64,000 nt of DNA from Camelus dromedarius. Its lineage: Eukaryota. Below are positions 1 to 12,879 of the stretch, in pieces; the stretch's first letter is position 1, and every line of letters starts with the position of its first letter. A program made the translations under genes and the position numbers. Where the stretch lies: positions 92,072,001 through 92,136,000 of the forward strand of contig NC_087436.1 in NCBI RefSeq assembly GCF_036321535.1, written 5' to 3'. The notes beneath the pieces were generated by a model that did not search any database, was not told the origin of the DNA, and saw nothing but the letters and a program-made list of their open reading frames with translations.

Positions 1-545
1 GGGAAAGCCAAATCTACTAATTTGCTAATCGTTTTTTAAGCCAATTCTCAAAATGTATTTGTGACATACAAAATTGAACCAATGACTATAGTCAAGAATG
101 ACTTTTTTAAAAAGGTGAAAAAGATTTCTTCCGTTTAAATTTACATTTTCAGAGGTGATTATTCTTTGGAACAAGACCCTCTGCTTTATGTAAAAAATCA
201 GGACGCACGTGTAATGTTTAAAACAAATGACTCCCTGTTGGGAAATGAGATAAACGTGGGGTTCAAGTTTGCCTGTCCTAATGCAGACACTGCTGTGTTT
301 CTTTATTTCTTTTTAAGAGTATGAACAGATTCTTTTTTCCTTATAAAGCTTGACTACTTTGATGACTTTTTATTTAGTCATATACATTCTTGTAATTTGT
401 CATTAACTTGTAGTTCTGTGGTATTGTCTTCAGAACTTGTGATTTTCATGCTTTCCATTCTTTGTGATGTGTTGAAGTTGCCTTTGTGCTCTACTTAGCT
501 ACATGTACATGGAGCATATTGATTATATAAATAAAAACATGGAGA

Positions 546-1024
546 TGTTACTGGAGATTACAATCTTGTCTCACACAGGAAAGAATTCAACAGTGAGCCA
601 TTCTAAAGTGAAAGTAGATTTATTCAGGGAGATTACACACTCCACAGACAGAGTGTGGGCCATCTCAGAAGGCAAGAAAGGCAGCCTGAGGTGTGGGGGT
701 GGATAGTTTTTATAGGCTGGGTAATTTCATATGCTAATGAGTGGGAAGATTATTCCAACTGTTTTGGGAAGGGATGGGGATTTCCACGAATTGGACCCCA
801 CACAATGTTTTTTATGGTCAGCCTGGGAGCTGTCTTGGCACCGGTGGGTGTGTCATTTAGCATGCTAATGTATTACAATGAGCCTATAATGAGGCTTAAG
901 ATCCACTGGAAGTAGAATCTTCTGCCATTTTGGGCCGAGTTGGTTCCAACCAGTTTATGTCATATACTCAATGTCTGTGTCATTCTTTTAATGATTGTGC
1001 TCTGCCCATTCCCCTCCTGTTCCA
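546..1024 (-). mobile_element. Solo LTR, probably ERV1 class
   Basis: TG...CA termini (tgtta...ttcca), near-TSD gaga/gagc, minus-strand AATAAA at 619-624, and composition distinct from the flanks. Confidence 0.7.
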
Positions 1025-1184
1025 GAGCTTTCTATTTATGGGGCAGAAGTTTCAGCATATATTCCTGTCAGGTTTATTTCTATATTAAGAAAAGAAAGGA
1101 ATATGCCAATCAATAAAAGTGTGAAGAGAAAGGAAGGGGAGGAATTTGGTAATTTTTTAGACATAGCAAGTGATAGGAAGCACA

Positions 1185-1415
1185 GTCAAGCCTGGGAGCT
1201 GTGTGTACAGGCTCTGGATTCAGAAAGCCCTGCTCTAGGCCTTGCTCCTCTACTTCCGCTGTGGGACTTCGGGTAGGTTTCTTAATCTCTCACAATCTCA
1301 GTCCTTTTATTTTTAAAAGAGGGGCAATAATAGCATCTACCAAAATGCTGGGAGGATTTAGTGAGATCCTGCACATAAAGCATTTACCACTGTGCTTGTC
1401 ACAAAGCACTCAAAT
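1185..1415 (+). mobile_element. MIR SINE
   Basis: Diverged MIR core (cttaatctctc...ctcagt...aataatagcatctacc...ggaggatttagtgagat). Confidence 0.8.
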
Positions 1416-1457
1416 GGAAGATTTTTTAAGAAGTACTAAGTTCTCCCCTATTTTAAA

Positions 1458-2059
1458 ACGTAGGTTTTATATTCAGGTATGGTGAGGCCAACAGGAGAGG
1501 ACTGCCATTGAAAAATAGTTGTTAATCTGTTACATTCACAGTTCCCATGGCATGACAGGCCATGCACAGGCCAAACAGGGAACACCAGCTTTGTCCAAAG
1601 AACGTGGGCAAGAGCCTTTCTTGTGGTTTCCACAGGAAAGGCAAGGTGGGATGAGCAGGGTTAGAACTGGCTAATTTGAATAATTTGAGGGAGTTCTGGG
1701 GTAAAGAAGCTGTCTCTAGTGGCCTGGTACCTAGCCCTGGGATGACTGGGGCAGTGGGATAGTGTCCCTGAGTGTGCTAGAGAAGATGGCTGAGGGTGTG
1801 GCCTCTGGACTGGTTAGTCTGCATATCAAAGGCTCACTCCCGGGCAAATTGTTTTCTATCTCTTGGAATCAGCCGTCCCTGGGAAGTCCCTCCAGTGTCA
1901 GCAAGGTCCCAGATGTCAAAGCATCAGAAAATACAGAAAAGTATAAGTGAACCACTATTCTGTACACCAGAAATTAACACAACATTGTAAACTGACTATC
2001 CTTCAACTAAACGAAGAAGCCAAAAAAAGAAAATACAGAAAATAAAAAATATTTTAACA
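1458..2059 (-). mobile_element. ERVL solo LTR, MER74-like, interrupted by a short L1 insertion
   Basis: Reverse complement reads ttttctgtattttctgatgctttgacatctgggaccttgctgacactggagggact, typical of the MER74-group 5' end. Confidence 0.75.
1941..2027 (+). mobile_element. Severely 5'-truncated young L1 (3' terminus only)
   Basis: ctgtacaccagaaattaacacaacattgtaaactgactat plus A-rich tail; perfect 15-bp TSD agaaaatacagaaaa at 1926-1940 and 2028-2042. Confidence 0.9.
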
Positions 2060-2202
2060 TGTCTTCAGCTATACATGTTTATGATTCTCTTCTGCCATAA
2101 ATTTCACTTGGAGTTTGAACTTCCCCATGACACAGCCTATGGAAATAGACACACAATGTTTCTGATCATTAAAATTGTAATTTTCAGATCTACTCTGTGA
2201 TC

Positions 2203-2308
2203 AATAATAACCATCACCATAAATGCATCAAGGAAACATGTTGTACCTCTTAAATTCACACAATGTTTTACATCTAACGTATTTCAATTTTTTAATTGAA
2301 AAAATAAT
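2203..2308 (+). mobile_element. L1 3' terminal fragment
   Basis: catgttgtacctcttaaattcacacaatgtt...tatttcaat resembles an L1M 3' end. Confidence 0.6.
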
Positions 2309-2340
2309 CAAGCACCTAATATTTGACGTATCCTACAGAT

Positions 2341-2341
2341 A

Positions 2342-2376
<35 letters not shown>

Positions 2377-2378
2377 AT
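2341..2378. repeat. (TAAA)n microsatellite
   Basis: About 9 perfect copies read directly. Confidence 0.95.
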
Positions 2379-4734
2379 GAAATAAAAAGAAAAAATAGCA
2401 TATAGGTAATCCAAACTCCAACATCTGGTGATCTATCTGAAGATATCATCTACTCCAAATGTACCATACCTGTGGGTAACAATCTATTGATATAGAATAT
2501 TTGTCTACATGCATCAATTAAAATATCCATAAATGACATACAGAGAAGCTTGTACGTCATTCATTTGCTCAACAAATTGTCAAAATGGCTACAGACCAAG
2601 TATGATAAGAGACTGAACGGACATAGTAGGAATTAAGGAAAAAGAACAGAATTAAACATATTCAGGAAGTAGAATCCAGACTATTTGGTGGCCAAGGGAT
2701 TGTAACCAGCGGTGGCCAGCCCTTTGTGAGGAAAGAGATAAAGAGAGGAGTATAAACTCGAATTGTAAGATTTTCATATTTTATCAACATGTTGGTTTTA
2801 GTAACATAAAATATTAACTTATAAATTTATAGTATTTACTGGCATTCATTTTTTACACAGTCAGTATGTTATTTTACCACCTTTTACAATTGCAATTTTG
2901 AGGGTACATTACAGTCATCTTCAAAACACTAATAAAGATGACAGCTCTCCACAATAAATTTAAATGTGTAGGATTTATGGTTTTGCTACATAAATTCACA
3001 TCAAAGTGCATACTTGACAATTTTAAAGAAAAAGTAAAACTTGGTTACAGGCAAATCTGGTATTTTACTAGAATTACAAAAATACATCTTCCAAATACAT
3101 AGATTATTAGTCAAGATTTCTTCATTGTGTAAACCAAAGGGCCCACATATCAAAAGCAGAAGTTGGAAAAACTAAGACTATTTATTCTCCAAGTAACTTT
3201 AGGTCAAAGTTAAAGATGACTTATTATGGTCATAAAATAGCACTAGATGTAGTAAATCTATGTCTTTGCGTTGTCCCCTGTCATTTTGTAACCAAAGCTA
3301 TTTCTACTCTGCCATAATGTGTATCTTTAATCAGACAGTATTAGCCACAGCAGAGCAAGCCACAAGTCACGGGGACAGATGACTACAACTCTATTTATGA
3401 TAGAGATAGGTGTCTGTGACATTGCATATAAAGCAGGATTTATAAATCAAATTAAATTCCTACCTCATTTCCATAATGATTTTGCTCCTAATGAAATCAT
3501 TTTGACCCTAAATTTTCATCTTTAAAAATATACTTTAAAAAATACATAAATTTTTCTGCAGGTTTCTAAAGTAACAACAAGAGTCTGAAAAAATAACATT
3601 TACTCTTTATTGATTAAATGTTGCCTATGATAAAGTAGCATAATGAAGAAATCTGAAAGGTGCAAGATGTTTATATTTGAGGAGTTCTCTGGTAAGACTA
3701 AACAGTAGCAGGCAAAGCCTGGTGTTGTCTGACAGCAGTCCTGAGCAAGTAAACCATAGTTTTCCTTTAAACAACTTTTGGGCTCTCAGACTCAAGGAGA
3801 CCTTACCCTGAGCTGGCTGAGTGGACCTTCCAATTTTTCAAAGATAAAACTGTTTATTGTGCACATCACCTTTGAAGGGAAGAACCATTAAAATTTTAAA
3901 ATATAATTCCCTAATTTACCAATTCACTTTATTGATCTGAAGTGTGGCACGCATCTACTTCATGTTCTTTTCAAGGCAGCAAATGCACTGGCAGTTTAGT
4001 AAGATTTGCACCGCGAGCGGCTTTCCTCAATGCCACGCAGTTCAGCTGTGTGCATGGGATTGCACATGCACTCTACAATGAGGATGCAGTAAACTAGCGA
4101 CTCCTAGTGGTTGGCATATAATTGTGCAAATACTCACTTCCAGCACAGCCAAAAAGAACGGTGGAAATAATATATACTGCCTCATTTCCTTCCAAAAAAA
4201 AAGCTTATTGCCATCAGAAGTATTTTTAAATGGATAACTTCTACACATGCTAACAAAATACATGTAAAAATAGACATTTTAAAATTTCTTTATGATAAAA
4301 AGAACATTGAAAAGTATCCAAAGAAGGAAAGCTAAAATTTATTGATGAGTATCGATTAAACTACGACCACAGCTCAGTACTGCGGTCTCTGGAATTTTGT
4401 CTTAAAAATGTAATTCAACAAGAATAAGAATCTATATCCAACACTATCTATAAAGCAAACTCCAAAACTAGAAACCTTTATTTCCAACAAGAGGGAAATG
4501 TTTCAACAAATTCTAATGTGTCACCATTATGATGTATAATATAATCATTTTCACGTTTAATTATAAGTACTAGGGGAAAAATGAAAAATGTTCCTGATAA
4601 AGTATTATGCTTAATAAGCACTTTAAAAATGGCCCATTTATTGTGAATGCCACTATAAAAATACATAGACGCATGTATATACACACTGGAAGGCAATATG
4701 GAAAAACAAACTTGATTGCACTAAGGCAGTAATT

Positions 4735-5045
4735 TATTTTTAATTAAAGACAATTTTTCTAGAACAGTTTTAGGTTCACAGTAGAACTGAGAGGAAGGTG
4801 CAGAGATTTCCCGTTCGCTCCCTACCCCTTCACATGTGCAGCCTCTCCTGTTACCAACATCCCCCACCAGAGTGGTACAGCTGTTACAACTAATGAACCT
4901 ACACTGATACATCGTGATCAAAGTCTATAATCTATGTGAGGGTTTATTTTTGGGGTTGTACATTCTGTGTTTAGATAAATGTATAATGACATGTATCCAT
5001 CATTATAGTATCACACAGAGTATCTTCCCTAAAAATTCTTCAGTG
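4735..5045 (-). mobile_element. L1MC-type 3' UTR fragment
   Basis: agaacagttttaggttcacag...cccccaccagagtggtaca...gaacctacactgataca matches the reverse complement of an L1MC 3' end. Confidence 0.85.
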
Positions 5046-5199
5046 TTGTTATGTATTTTTAATGTTTAAAAATCACTCATTTTCCCAAAAAAAATGAAAA
5101 TAAAATATCTGCATTGCAAATTTATTTCAGACTCACATGTAAGGATGAGCTACAAGGAGCTTTTCAAAACTCAAATCTAATCAAGTCTTTGTCTCCAAA

Positions 5200-5425
5200 T
5201 TTTACTCATTTTCATAGCTTACCTCCTCAGGAAAGTCTTCCCTAACTCCTAGTCTGGATAAAGGTACCTTATTAAATGTTCTAAGAATCTATCCCTTTCC
5301 TTCAGAACACGTTACTCACTTTGTGATTATGCACTCAGTAGGGTGATTGTGAGTTTGCGTCTTCCACTAGATTGCGAGAGAAACACTATGTACACAGGAA
5401 GAACTCAATAAAATCTGTGGAATAC
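5200..5425 (+). mobile_element. L2 3' fragment
   Basis: acctcctcaggaaagtcttccct...gtcttccactagattg...actcaataaaatctgtggaat. Confidence 0.65.
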
Positions 5426-6416
5426 GTCAAACAGCAGCACATGCTCAACGAGATAGTTAACTTGCACAACTTCTGTCCCCACTGCGGTAGGAGCTGGGCT
5501 ACAGGAAGGCGTGAGTGTGGTCCTTCATTCATTTTGGCAATTTTCACCAAGCCATCTAAGAATCTTGATAATTTTAGAATTACCTAGCACTCTGTGGTAA
5601 AGTTAACAGGAATAAATTCATGTCCTTTTGTTTATCAACTCAAGTTATCTTGAATATGAGGCATTGAAAGAATGAGGATGTTTCACATGGGCCCCCCCTT
5701 GTCCTTGTCTCCTGCAATTGATTCTGCCCATAATCTCTTGCACGTGACTTCAGCCCCTAACTAGTCCTCTCCAACGTTCTTGGTACAATCCAAATTGACC
5801 AACAGTTGTTGCTAATCTTCAAGAATGATACTCCTCTCTTAAGAACCATCTTTGGCCAATTATTTCTCACACCTGGTGAACTTCTACTGCCCTATTCTTG
5901 CTACAGCCTTAGAAACCATTTTGCCCTCCTTTCCCAAGAGACCTTCCAAGCCTCCTTGTGGTCAGCATTATCTAATAAAGGCTCAGGCTCGAGGAGCTCT
6001 GGTTGATTTCCTTCCACATCTGCTTATTTATGAAAGAGATAGACAAGAGACAACATGTCTGTTCTACTCTTCAGAATATACACAACATCCATCTCAATCA
6101 TTGGAGCCTAATAATGTTTCTTAGTTGAAAATAAGTAACTGAAAACTAGAGCTTATGGTTTAGAAGTTGATACAACAGGCTAAGGTAAAAGCCTATACTT
6201 TCACTGTATTTTCCCACTTTTTCATCTCAAGCAGCAATTCATCAAGGAGTTAATAACCCTGAGTCCAGGAAAAGGAAGGAGACAGCGAAGAAGATGAAGG
6301 GAGTGTTTCTGAGATGTTACTGAAGTGAATTGCTCCCATCAGGCCAGGAGTATATTTTCAGCTGTTCCTTTAATTTCATGTATGTTTTGTCTGTGAAAGA
6401 TAACAACCTCTTCAGC

Positions 6417-6552
6417 AGGAAGGAAGGAAGGAAGGAAGGAAGGAAGGAAGGAAGGAAGGAAGGAAGGAAGGAAGGAAGGAAGGAAGGAAGGAGGAAGGAA
6501 GGAAGGAAGGAAGGAAGGAAGGAAGGAAGGAAGGGAAGGAGGAAGGGAGGAA
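6417..6552. repeat. (GGAA)n polypurine microsatellite, imperfect in its 3' half
   Basis: Read directly; it explains track ORFs 6317..6751 and 6330..6569. Confidence 0.97.
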
Positions 6553-6661
6553 ATCCCACCATTGAATAAAGCATCATTTGCTGCTGAAATAAAGTGTAGT
6601 ATATGTGACGTCTGCCAAGAAAGGAAAGGAGAAAAAAAGAGCTTGTAAGAAAAACTACATT

Positions 6662-6930
6662 CAGAAACAGACTCACAGATATAGTAAATAAACTTATGGT
6701 TACAGGGGGAAAGGAGGTGGGAAGGGATAAATTGGATAAATAGATTTGCAAATACTACTATATATAAAATAGATTAGAAAACAAATTTGTTCTGTATATT
6801 CAATATCTTGTAGTAACCTATAATGAAAAAGAATATGAAAACAAATATGTCTGTATATGTATGACTGAAACATCACACTGTACACCAGAAATTGACACAT
6901 AACTGACTATACTTCAATTAAAAAAAAAGA
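6662..6930 (+). mobile_element. 5'-truncated young L1 (3' UTR plus A tail)
   Basis: cagaaacagactcacagatatag...ctgtacaccagaaattgacaca...cttcaattaaaaaaaaa; perfect 15-bp TSD aagaaaaactacatt at 6647-6661 and 6931-6945. Confidence 0.92.
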
Positions 6931-8519
6931 AAGAAAAACTACATTTTTATTATTTTTTCCCCAAATTGGGACTGTAATAAAGAAGTGTAAGAAATTTTAA
7001 AAATAGATAAACCAAAAGAACTACAAAAACTTTAACATCCTTATAAAAATATTTTAAAATCTTTTTAAGAATTTTAATTTTAATTATATTTCATATTTAA
7101 ATAATTATACTAAAGCATGTGAATTTTAACCCCACCGCACTTTGCTATTCTGAATGTACTGATAGCTCTGAATGAAGGAAAGTTATTTCTTTCAGCATGT
7201 TATTTGCCTGAATCAAGCTAGTAAACATTAAGAGCTTCTGAGTCCCAATATGAAACCAAAATCAAGAGCCCTGAGGTTGCTGAAGCAACAGCATGATCCA
7301 CTACGAATGGGCTGAATGTCATATAGTCAAATCTAATTTTCAACTCTCTTCCACACTAATAGTGGAATTCTAAGCAGAGAAGTTGTGACAAGAGAAAAAA
7401 AGTGAAAATTATGAATCTGGATAATAAAGTGTTGGCAATTTTCAAAGGTATGAAAAAATAGCAGTCAGCATAATACATCTTACATTATAACACATAAAGC
7501 ACAAAATCACCTTAAGTTACTCATCAGTGTTGTAATTAATTTGAAGTGTGACTTTTAGTATGCAGGGAAATTGACATTCCAATAAAATGATTATCCCGGC
7601 CTTGACTTGTAACACTCCCCTTCTCCTGACTATTAGTTATCAATCATATTAAATTATTTAGCTCTCTGAAGAAGGGCATTTGTTCAGTTTCATTTTCATT
7701 CCAAGCCTACGTTTATATTCCAGAACTTTCTTCGGAAACAGCCACATGGGTTTCTGGGTAAGATGGTGACAGAAGCCTGGGAGTCTAATGCCTCTGTCCT
7801 CCACTGATAAATCTCTTCTCAAGAGAAAAAGGAACGTTAAGAGTTGGCGGGAGGTGGGGGGTGGACTTGATTTAGTGATAAAAACTAGGACAGTGTGACA
7901 TCCACATGTCAGGTGCTTACAGGAAGTGCTAAAAAAGGGAGGGCACACAGGGCTGAATGTTCTACAGACTCTGCCCCACAGAGGAGTTGCATGCCTTGGG
8001 CGGAAGAGGGAAATACCGTCAAACACACGACCAACACTTGCCCGCTCAGAGGTGAGTGGCCGTTGGGGGACCTCCCTGAACCACATGTCTTCTCTGTAAG
8101 GACAATACTGTCTCCAAGGGGATGAAAATTGATTCTTAGGAGTGAGAAAGTTAAAAAAAAATTAACTCTTTTTATATATAAATCACAGATATACCTACAG
8201 TACTTAAGCAGATCAGGGGCAATAATGAAAAATAAAGATTGCGAAATGCTATCGTACAGCATCAGCTACGCAGAGAAGGGCTCTGACACAAGGAACGCTG
8301 AGCAGCGATGGTGGCACGTACACCCGGCTCACAGCGCCAAGTGTGCGCTGCCTCACTGAGAGAGGCGCTGTGTTGTTGCAAACGCTCCATATGCACTCTC
8401 CCTCCCTCTTTTCCTTAGACTGAAAAGAAAGCATAGTACATTTTGAAAAAAAGAGGTTTTTTTTAAAGAAAACAGAAAAAATACACAAAACATTAAAAAA
8501 AAATGACGACAGTAAAGAA

Positions 8520-9480
8520 AAGAATTATAGCAAACCCAATGAATTTAAATAAGTTGAATTCTCTTACTAAAACATAAAGTTCATAGATTATGTCAAATAA
8601 ATCCAATTCCATTTTTGTTTACACAAGAAATACCTAAACCAAAGTTACTGAGCAAAAAAAAATAGGCAAACTAGAACAACATACATAAATAAAACATAGG
8701 AAATGTGAAGTGGGCTGTGAAAATAGTAACATAAGAAAAGGAAGATTTCAAGCCAAACAGCATTAATTTATCAAATATTATTATTAGAAAAGTCATGAAA
8801 ATCTCTCTATGTATTTAAATATAAGAAGCCAAATTAATAAAGACCAAAATACAATAGCTCACCATAAATATCTGATTAAAAATGGGGACTAAAATAAGAA
8901 TCAGAGTATTTAAATAATTTAATTATAATGATATGATTAAATTATGGTGTGGTATTTATGAATACATATATACATATACATATGCACCTATATATGTTAA
9001 AATAAAAATCGCATACTTTCCAAAAACATATACATACTTAACAAAAATTTACATTCTATTAGACTACAAAGAAAATATCAATAAATTTCAAATGGTGACC
9101 ATATCATAGGTCACATCATCTGACAACAATGCAATAAAATTAGAAATGTATAGTTATATGTAAAGCCAAACAGAAAAAACAGTTTCTTGGAAGTGAATAA
9201 ATTCTCCAAAAAACAATTAGGTCAAAGAGAAAAATCCTGAAATTAACTACTTTAACCATAATAAAAATCAAAGTGTTACAAATAAAAAAGTATATATAAA
9301 ATAAACATAGTTTTAAGAGGTAAATTCATATCCATGAGTTATATTCCTTAAAGAAAAAGAAAAATAAATGTACTCATAATTCAATTCAAGAAATTGCACA
9401 GTGAACATCAAAAGTATTCTATCAAAGCAAAGGAAAAAAATAATAAAGATTGAAACAGAAATTGATTAATTAAAAGGCAG
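8520..9480 (+). mobile_element. Ancient, highly decayed L1 ORF2 (endonuclease region)
   Basis: Very A-rich; catctgacaacaatgcaataaaattagaaat (SDHN.IKLE-like) and gttttaagaggtaaattcata (VLRGKFI) are L1 ORF2 motifs. Confidence 0.75.
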
Positions 9481-10563
9481 AAGCATTTAGAACCGGTAAT
9501 ACGCTATGCTTAACTTGAAGTCAATGAAGTTTTTCGAGCAACATTTCCTCCATTTATTAAATAAAAACTCTGCATCATCTTGAAAACATTTAGAACATAC
9601 ATAAAAAAGATGGCAAATCTGGCACTGGAGTTTCTTCTAGGAAATAAATTACATTTAGTAGGAAAAAAGTAGATAAATGCTTGTAGAGAGAAGGTAATAC
9701 CCTAACAGAGCCATTATATGAGGAACTCTTCTAAGACCCAAGAGGAAAAGCTTGTTTATTGTGCTAGAAATGGTGGGAAGTTAAGAAAGGATGAAGAATT
9801 ATATCTTCAATTAGAAATAAAGCTATGTTGCACAGTGACCCTTCTGTATTTAATAAAATCCTGACATGGCTAGATACAAGGGATTTATAGTGAAAGGCAA
9901 GGTAGTTCTAGATCTAGGATACTACAAGATGAAACAGAAATTGCCCACATGAGCGTAACAGCACAAGGGCAGGAGTAAACTCATGAAAATACTATGGAGG
10001 AACTTGCATTGTTACAAGACATACAAAGTTGTACATTTAGAATCAAGTTTAACCAGATAGCCAAGACGGTAGCAAGAGCTCAAGTCCTGATTATACTAAA
10101 ATGTCCATCCTCTCTGCTCTAAATCTGAATTTTATTAAAATGGTTATGTCCTTGGCCTTAATTATCTCATTTTTGGAAACTTGTCTAAACAGTCTAACAA
10201 TATAAAAATTACATTCACAAAGATATTTATCTCAGCATTTTCTACATCAGTGAGTCTAAATTCATAACAGTAGGGGAAAAACAGGGAAAAAAATGTGGCA
10301 CGTTTCAAAAGAAATTATAAAACCCATTTAAAAAACACTAAAATATATTACTGTGAGACTCTAATATCCTGTTTGGGCAATTCACAATGTAAGTGGGAAA
10401 TACTGGCATGTTTCCTAGTATCTTTTACCACCATAGTCTGGCTCAGGAAGCCCATAAGCAACGCCAAACAGCTTCATGTAACAGAGCACAATCCATGAAT
10501 TACTCCATGAACTGGCTCCAGAAACTTCTCCAATCTCATTCCCCACAACTCCCTATATACAGT

Positions 10564-11087
10564 TGTGATAAATCATCTCCAATGATGGCCATCATCGCTT
10601 CGTTCTCTCCCTGTAGACACAGGTCACTCCATCCATCAAGAGATGGAGGCTATCCCTTCATCCTGAATCTGGGCTTGCCTTGGGACTTGTTTTGACAGAC
10701 AGGAAATGGGGGAAAGGCTATTCTGGAACTTCTGAGCCCAGATCTTAAGTCTAGCATCTTCTGATTCTTCCCTCTTGGAAGACAGATGCCATAGGAATAG
10801 TCTGACTACCCTGAGATCATTATGTTGTGAAGAAGCCCAAGATAGCTCCCTGGAGAGGCCACATGGAGGAGCACCAAGGTGCCAGATTTTTAAGTGAAGG
10901 GTTCTTGTACTTCCCAGCCCAGCCCAGCCCAGCCGGCATCTCAATGCAGCTAAATGAGTGGCCCCAGCCGATGCCACATGGAACCCAGCTGAGTACCATC
11001 AACCCATGAAACTGTGAGAAATAATAAAGTGTCCTTTTAAATCAGTAAATATGAGGATGACTCACAAGGAATTTGGTAACTGAAACA
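10564..11087 (+). mobile_element. MaLR solo LTR (MLT1G/H-like)
   Basis: ggagaggccacatggaggag...ctgtgagaaataataaa...ggtaactgaaaca terminus. Confidence 0.8.
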
Positions 11088-11199
11088 CAGTTTATACTCT
11101 AGTTACACTAAATGACTCAGATGGTGATCCCTGCAAGTCTGCACCTTCTACTTTTTGTCCCTGCTACTGCCTTTGCCCACTTTATAAACCTTCTAGTCA

Positions 11200-11610
11200 A
11201 CTTGTAAGATGCAACTAAGCATTTCCTCTTCTGTGAAGCCTTCCCTGAGTATCCCAGGCAGAACCACTCTTGAAGTCCTCTTAGGTCATCATACACTGAC
11301 TCAGCACACACTGCTTCTACTGAGCTCTCACCCTGTGAAACACTCACTCATTTCCGCGTCTGCTTTCACGTGGACTCTGGGTTTCTTGTGCGCAGAGTTT
11401 GTGATGTTATCACTTTTATATTTCCATTGCTTAAAACAATATCTAAGAAGCAATCCTATGAAGCAGATGCCACTGCCCCTCTTTTATACATGTGAAAACC
11501 GACATACAGAGTGTTAAATTTAATGTGCTCAAGGTCACCCCACCAGAAAGTTGAGTTAGATGTACAGAGAGATAGATTATGAACGAACAAAATTCTATGA
11601 GCTCAAGAAG
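11200..11610. mobile_element. L2 fragment (+) followed by MIR fragment (-)
   Basis: ttcctcttctgtgaagccttccctga (L2); caatcctatgaagcagatg...gctcaaggtcac (MIR). Confidence 0.6.
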
Positions 11611-12879
11611 TCTTTTCAGTAACTCCATCTTTCATTGATCTTTTTCTCCTCTGATGTCCTCTGGCACTTATAATCTGAGAGGGAAAAAAAACTATGCATT
11701 TTCCGTATATACTCTTGTCACTGCAAGCTTCTGGCATGCAAACATCACAGCTTATATTGTGACAAAATCCTCCAAAAGGCCCCGCACGGCACAAAACAGA
11801 TTCTCGCTCATTTATTAATCGATCACTTCAAAAGTATTAGTCAATAATGAGAATAAGTTCAAGAAAATGTATCAAGTCTTTTTCTACAAAATAAAAATAT
11901 CACTGAGCATTCAATTATATTTTCAACCCCAATATTCTGAGAATTTATTATACTATGAATGACAAATGCATTTGAAATATATGTTTTTGAATGTAGGAAA
12001 AAAGCGATGCTGAAAGAATATCTATGGTGAGTAATCTCCCATTAACCTGAATTCTGCATTACCCAAAGTGAAAGAGTAGGCTGAACTTAGCAGTCTTCAG
12101 GAAAAAACATAGTTATTTTTATTGTATCCTTTGTCTGAGAAAGGACTGAGCTTTGGTGTCATTGTGCATCAGTGCTCTCAGTCAATGACAGAATGGAATT
12201 GATTTATTTCTCATTTTGACTTGTAAAAATCTGAGGATGTGGATCTTACCCTTTTTTCCCCAAGGACAGAGTGGAGCCAGGATTCTTAGCAAGCATCCCC
12301 ACTGCCAAAAGGGTACTTCCTACACTCAGGTCCTCCAAACCACCTTCTCATACCCTTGACTCCATGTTTAAACTCTCTTGACTCACTCAAGGGAAAACTA
12401 AAAGACTGAAGCTCAAAGGAAGGTCATTTCAAGCTCCAGAGCACAGCACACTCCAAAAACATGTGATATTTGAGGACCCCAATGAGAAGAACAAGGAGAA
12501 ACTCTCCTGCTCTCTGTGGACGCCAATGCCTTTGGGCTTTTCTATCTGGCAGCCTCAGTGACACTCAGATCAAAAGGAAACCGGATGCAATCAGTATGGA
12601 GCTAAGCTGTATGTCAGAGAAGGCTCACAATGTTTTCATTCAGTACTAACATTTTATAGTCGGTCTGTTATTTCTTCAAGGAAAACCCCATGAGTCCCTA
12701 GAGTTTTTTTGCCTTACATTTCATCACCTAGATTTTTCCCAGAATTCAACTGAATCACAACTCATTAGAAGGACTCAAAGATGTTCACAAGTTAGGCATA
12801 GCACTAGGTCTCTCTCTAGATTTCTAGCTAGGAACATGTGTGGTGTGGAATTAGGGGCATGTTGCCACCACTTCTTATT

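Noticed and set aside
6317..6751. 144-aa and 79-aa ORFs with (PSFL)n / (RKEG)n repeats
   Set aside because: Translations of the (GGAA)n microsatellite plus L1 3' UTR.
7658..8262. Minus-strand ORFs as possible GRXCR1 exon 3 or 4
   Set aside because: No GAEKILSMNESG or CxxCxxxxxxxCxxC pattern and no recognisable homology.
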